In this document: piece after piece, positions 46,187 to 48,488 of the stretch
How the letters are laid out: each line of letters opens with the position of its first letter
Numbering within the stretch: the first letter of the stretch is position 1
Source: a virus
Lineage: Duplodnaviria; Heunggongvirae; Uroviricota; Caudoviricetes
Direction: 5' to 3' (one strand)
DNA: 48,488 nucleotides
Virus record (IMG/VR): IMGVR_UViG_2597490154_000001
The notes under the pieces: model-generated
Databases searched by the model: none
What the model saw: only the letters and a program-made list of their open reading frames with translations
Told to the model about the DNA's origin: nothing
Position numbers and translations under genes: made by a program

Positions 46187-47649
46187 TGGGATATCGCCAC
46201 GGTATTTATATATCTGAACTGGCTACATCTATAACTCCTCCAGTGCAAGTTAGTGCTGGGTTGATTGTCGCATTTGGTACGGCTCCTGTTAATCAGTTAG
46301 AAGATCCAGCCTCAGCGGTAAATAAACCTATCATTGCTTATACATACGCAGAGGCCGTATCTAAAATAGGATATAGCACAAACTTCGAGAAATATACTTT
46401 AAGCGAAGTAATTAAAGTCGCATTTGGAATATATGGTGTTGCGCCAGTTGTATTTATCAATGTGCTTGATCCAGCAAAGCATAAGAAAGACGTTACTGAT
46501 GAGTTAGTAAAACTTTCTGGCGGGAAAGGTACGCTCTCTAACGATGGTGTCTTATATAAATCTGTTGTTGTGAAAAAAGCAGATGGTGATTCACCTGGGT
46601 TAACGGTTGATACCGATTATGTGCTGGCGCTGGATGATAATGGCTATACGGTCATTACAGCTATTAGCGGAGGAAAAATTACCGAAAAAGACGCTACTCT
46701 TAAGGTTAGTTATACGCATCTTGATCCCGGTGCCGTAACTAAAAATGACATTATCGGTGGTGTGGATTCCAACACTAAAGCCAATACAGGGCTTGAGTTA
46801 CTGTCAGATGTGTATCCCCGCTTCAAGTTAGTTCCTGGACAAGTGATTGCACCTGGATTTAGTTCTGATAGTGAAGTTGGTCAGCTAATGGCGGCTAAAG
46901 CCGCGCTGATTAGTGAATTGTTCAAAGCAGAAGCTATAACGGATGCGCCGACCGATAAATCTACTATCAGTGATTACTCGGCTGTTCCTGAATGGAAACA
47001 GAACAATAATCACATGGCCGCTAACCAGACAGTGTGCTGGCCGATGGTGAAACTTGGTGACAATATTTACCATCACTCAACCCATTTAGCGGCCGCAACA
47101 TGCTTGCTGGATAGTCAGTATGGTGATATTCCATCACGTTCTCCGTCAAATATAAAACTACAGATGGACGGTGCTGTACGTAAAGATGGCAGTGAAGTAT
47201 GGCTTAACATTAGCCAGGCAAACTACTTAAATGGACAGGGGATTGTAACAAGCCTTAATTTTGATGGTTGGAAATCATGGGGAAACCGTAATGCTATTTA
47301 TCCAACATCTACAGACCCCAAAGACGCATTTCGTGTTTGCCGACGTATGTTTAACTGGGTGGGTAATACGTTAATTCTTTCGCATTGGTCAAAAATAGAC
47401 AATCCTGCAAACCGTCGATTAATTGAATCGATTGTTACAAGTGCGAATATTTGGCTTAACGGCCTCACAGGTAATCAGGATATTGCAGGTGGTGTTGTTA
47501 CCTTTGATCAGTCTGAAAACACGATTACGTCATTAATGGACGGGATTGTTAAATTCCATGTAAAAATGACACCATTCTCACCTGCCAGAGATATTGAGTT
47601 CGTCATGGAATATAATCCTGATTATCTGCTGAACTTGTTTTCTGAATAA
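46186..47649 (+). CDS. contractile tail sheath protein
   Basis: 487-aa ORF followed by tube and chaperone genes. Confidence 0.8.
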   Translation: MGYRHGIYISELATSITPPVQVSAGLIVAFGTAPVNQLEDPASAVNKPIIAYTYAEAVSKIGYSTNFEKYTLSEVIKVAFGIYGVAPVVFINVLDPAKHKKDVTDELVKLSGGKGTLSNDGVLYKSVVVKKADGDSPGLTVDTDYVLALDDNGYTVITAISGGKITEKDATLKVSYTHLDPGAVTKNDIIGGVDSNTKANTGLELLSDVYPRFKLVPGQVIAPGFSSDSEVGQLMAAKAALISELFKAEAITDAPTDKSTISDYSAVPEWKQNNNHMAANQTVCWPMVKLGDNIYHHSTHLAAATCLLDSQYGDIPSRSPSNIKLQMDGAVRKDGSEVWLNISQANYLNGQGIVTSLNFDGWKSWGNRNAIYPTSTDPKDAFRVCRRMFNWVGNTLILSHWSKIDNPANRRLIESIVTSANIWLNGLTGNQDIAGGVVTFDQSENTITSLMDGIVKFHVKMTPFSPARDIEFVMEYNPDYLLNLFSE

Positions 47650-47665
47650 ATAATAGGAGGTTGCT

Positions 47666-48187
47666 TTGAGCAATCAAATTCCTGAGAGACTTATTAACTT
47701 TACAGTATACGGTGAGGGAAACCGTATTATCGGTGTTGCTGACGCAAAGCTGCCATCAATTGAGATGATGACAGAAACTGTTAGTGGTGCAGGTATCGCT
47801 GGAGAGCTTGAGAGCGGAACGCTGGGGCATTTCAAACCAATGACTGTCTCTCTTAAATGGCGAACTCTGACCTCTGCTGGTACAAAATTATTTCTATCCT
47901 CATCGCATCAGGTAGATTTTCGCGGTAGCCAGCAGGTTTATGATGCAGGAACAGGAAAATATAAAACGGTTCCTATTCGGGCTTCAATGAAGCTAAATCC
48001 TAAAAAACTGGATTTAGGTTCGCTACAGGTGGCAAAGGCTACTGATTCAGAGAATGAATTTGAAGTTCTCTATATCAAATTATTTATTGATGGGAAAGAA
48101 GTCCTGGAAATTGATAAGTTGAACTTTATTTGTATCTTTGATGGTGAAGATATATTAAAAAGCGTTCGTGATGATTTAGGTTTATAA
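47666..48187 (+). CDS. tail tube protein
   Basis: 173-aa ORF after sheath with SD AGGAGG. Confidence 0.7.
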   Translation: MSNQIPERLINFTVYGEGNRIIGVADAKLPSIEMMTETVSGAGIAGELESGTLGHFKPMTVSLKWRTLTSAGTKLFLSSSHQVDFRGSQQVYDAGTGKYKTVPIRASMKLNPKKLDLGSLQVAKATDSENEFEVLYIKLFIDGKEVLEIDKLNFICIFDGEDILKSVRDDLGL

Positions 48188-48196
48188 GGTGACAAA

Positions 48197-48478
48197 ATGG
48201 AAACCGTTAAATTAAGTAAAGAATATCGTTTTGAAGACTTTGAGCCGGTGACTGAACTCAACCTTGATTTAGACAACCTAAAAGGCAGTGATATTTTAGA
48301 GGTATCGGACTTACTGCAATCTCAAGGGCATGTTTCAGTTCAAACATCACTTGATAATAAAGTCCATGCAGCCTTGGCTGCTCGCTGTATTGGTCGTCCA
48401 ATAGAGTATCTGAATGGATTACCAGCGAAAGACTTTGTTAAAGTTTGTCAAAAGGTACAGAATTTTTTGCTCTCGTAG
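48197..48478 (+). CDS. tail assembly chaperone (gpG-like) with candidate -1 frameshift site near its 3' end
   Basis: 93-aa ORF between tube and (across the junction) tape measure; slippery T TTT TTG at 48463-48469. Confidence 0.5.
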   Translation: METVKLSKEYRFEDFEPVTELNLDLDNLKGSDILEVSDLLQSQGHVSVQTSLDNKVHAALAARCIGRPIEYLNGLPAKDFVKVCQKVQNFLLS

Positions 48479-48488
48479 GTTTTGATGA

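Noticed and set aside
1-48488. CRISPR array
   Set aside because: No regularly spaced short direct repeats with unique spacers were found; the repeated elements are dispersed motif sites, three promoter cassettes, coding tandem repeats and one inverted repeat pair
1-48488. Integrase and attachment site, as expected for a chromosomally integrated prophage
   Set aside because: No tyrosine-recombinase-like ORF is present; the only recombinase is the small serine invertase; the tRNA is intact and not flanked by a partial duplicate. A plasmid-type maintenance mode is favoured

Overview
The window reads as a complete or near-complete ~48.5-kb temperate phage-plasmid of enterobacterial type, with no integrase visible. 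All protein-family calls are from reading the translations, not from searches. Coordinates 1-10213 and 37337-48478 form one structural block on the + strand: lambda-like packaging and head genes (Nu1-like small terminase, gpA-like large terminase, W, portal, S49-type protease, decoration protein, gpE-like capsid) followed by a P2/Mu-like contractile tail (sheath, tube, chaperone, tape measure, X, D, V, W, J, I, tail fibre, Tfa). The tail-fibre C-terminus lies in a ~3.06-kb invertible segment (8726-11785) bounded by gix-like sites and controlled by a Cin/Gin-family serine invertase (11863-12417). Maintenance functions are an IncFII-type RepA replicon with a CopA-like antisense RNA and a DnaA box (12547-13860), and a ParF/ParG-like partition pair (20626-21586). 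Immunity comprises a CI-like S24 repressor with ACCAC-N5-GTGGT operators and a Cro-like gene (22131-23519), plus an immI-like region with a c4-like antisense RNA, a small coupled ORF and an antirepressor (17378-18960). The + strand block 23025-36779 carries a Q-like candidate, accessory genes, a lysis cassette (holin, GH108 endolysin, Rz/Rz1), a tRNA(CAU), an MT-A70 adenine methyltransferase and a cluster of ParB-like proteins. The most unusual signals are a ~112-bp promoter/leader cassette present three times, a dispersed AT-rich motif family, a repressor-type operator inside the repA control region, and a ParB-like/SAM-methyltransferase fusion flanked by two paralogous ParB-like genes. No single locus can be shown from sequence alone to be a novel system; the candidates are ranked in the findings.
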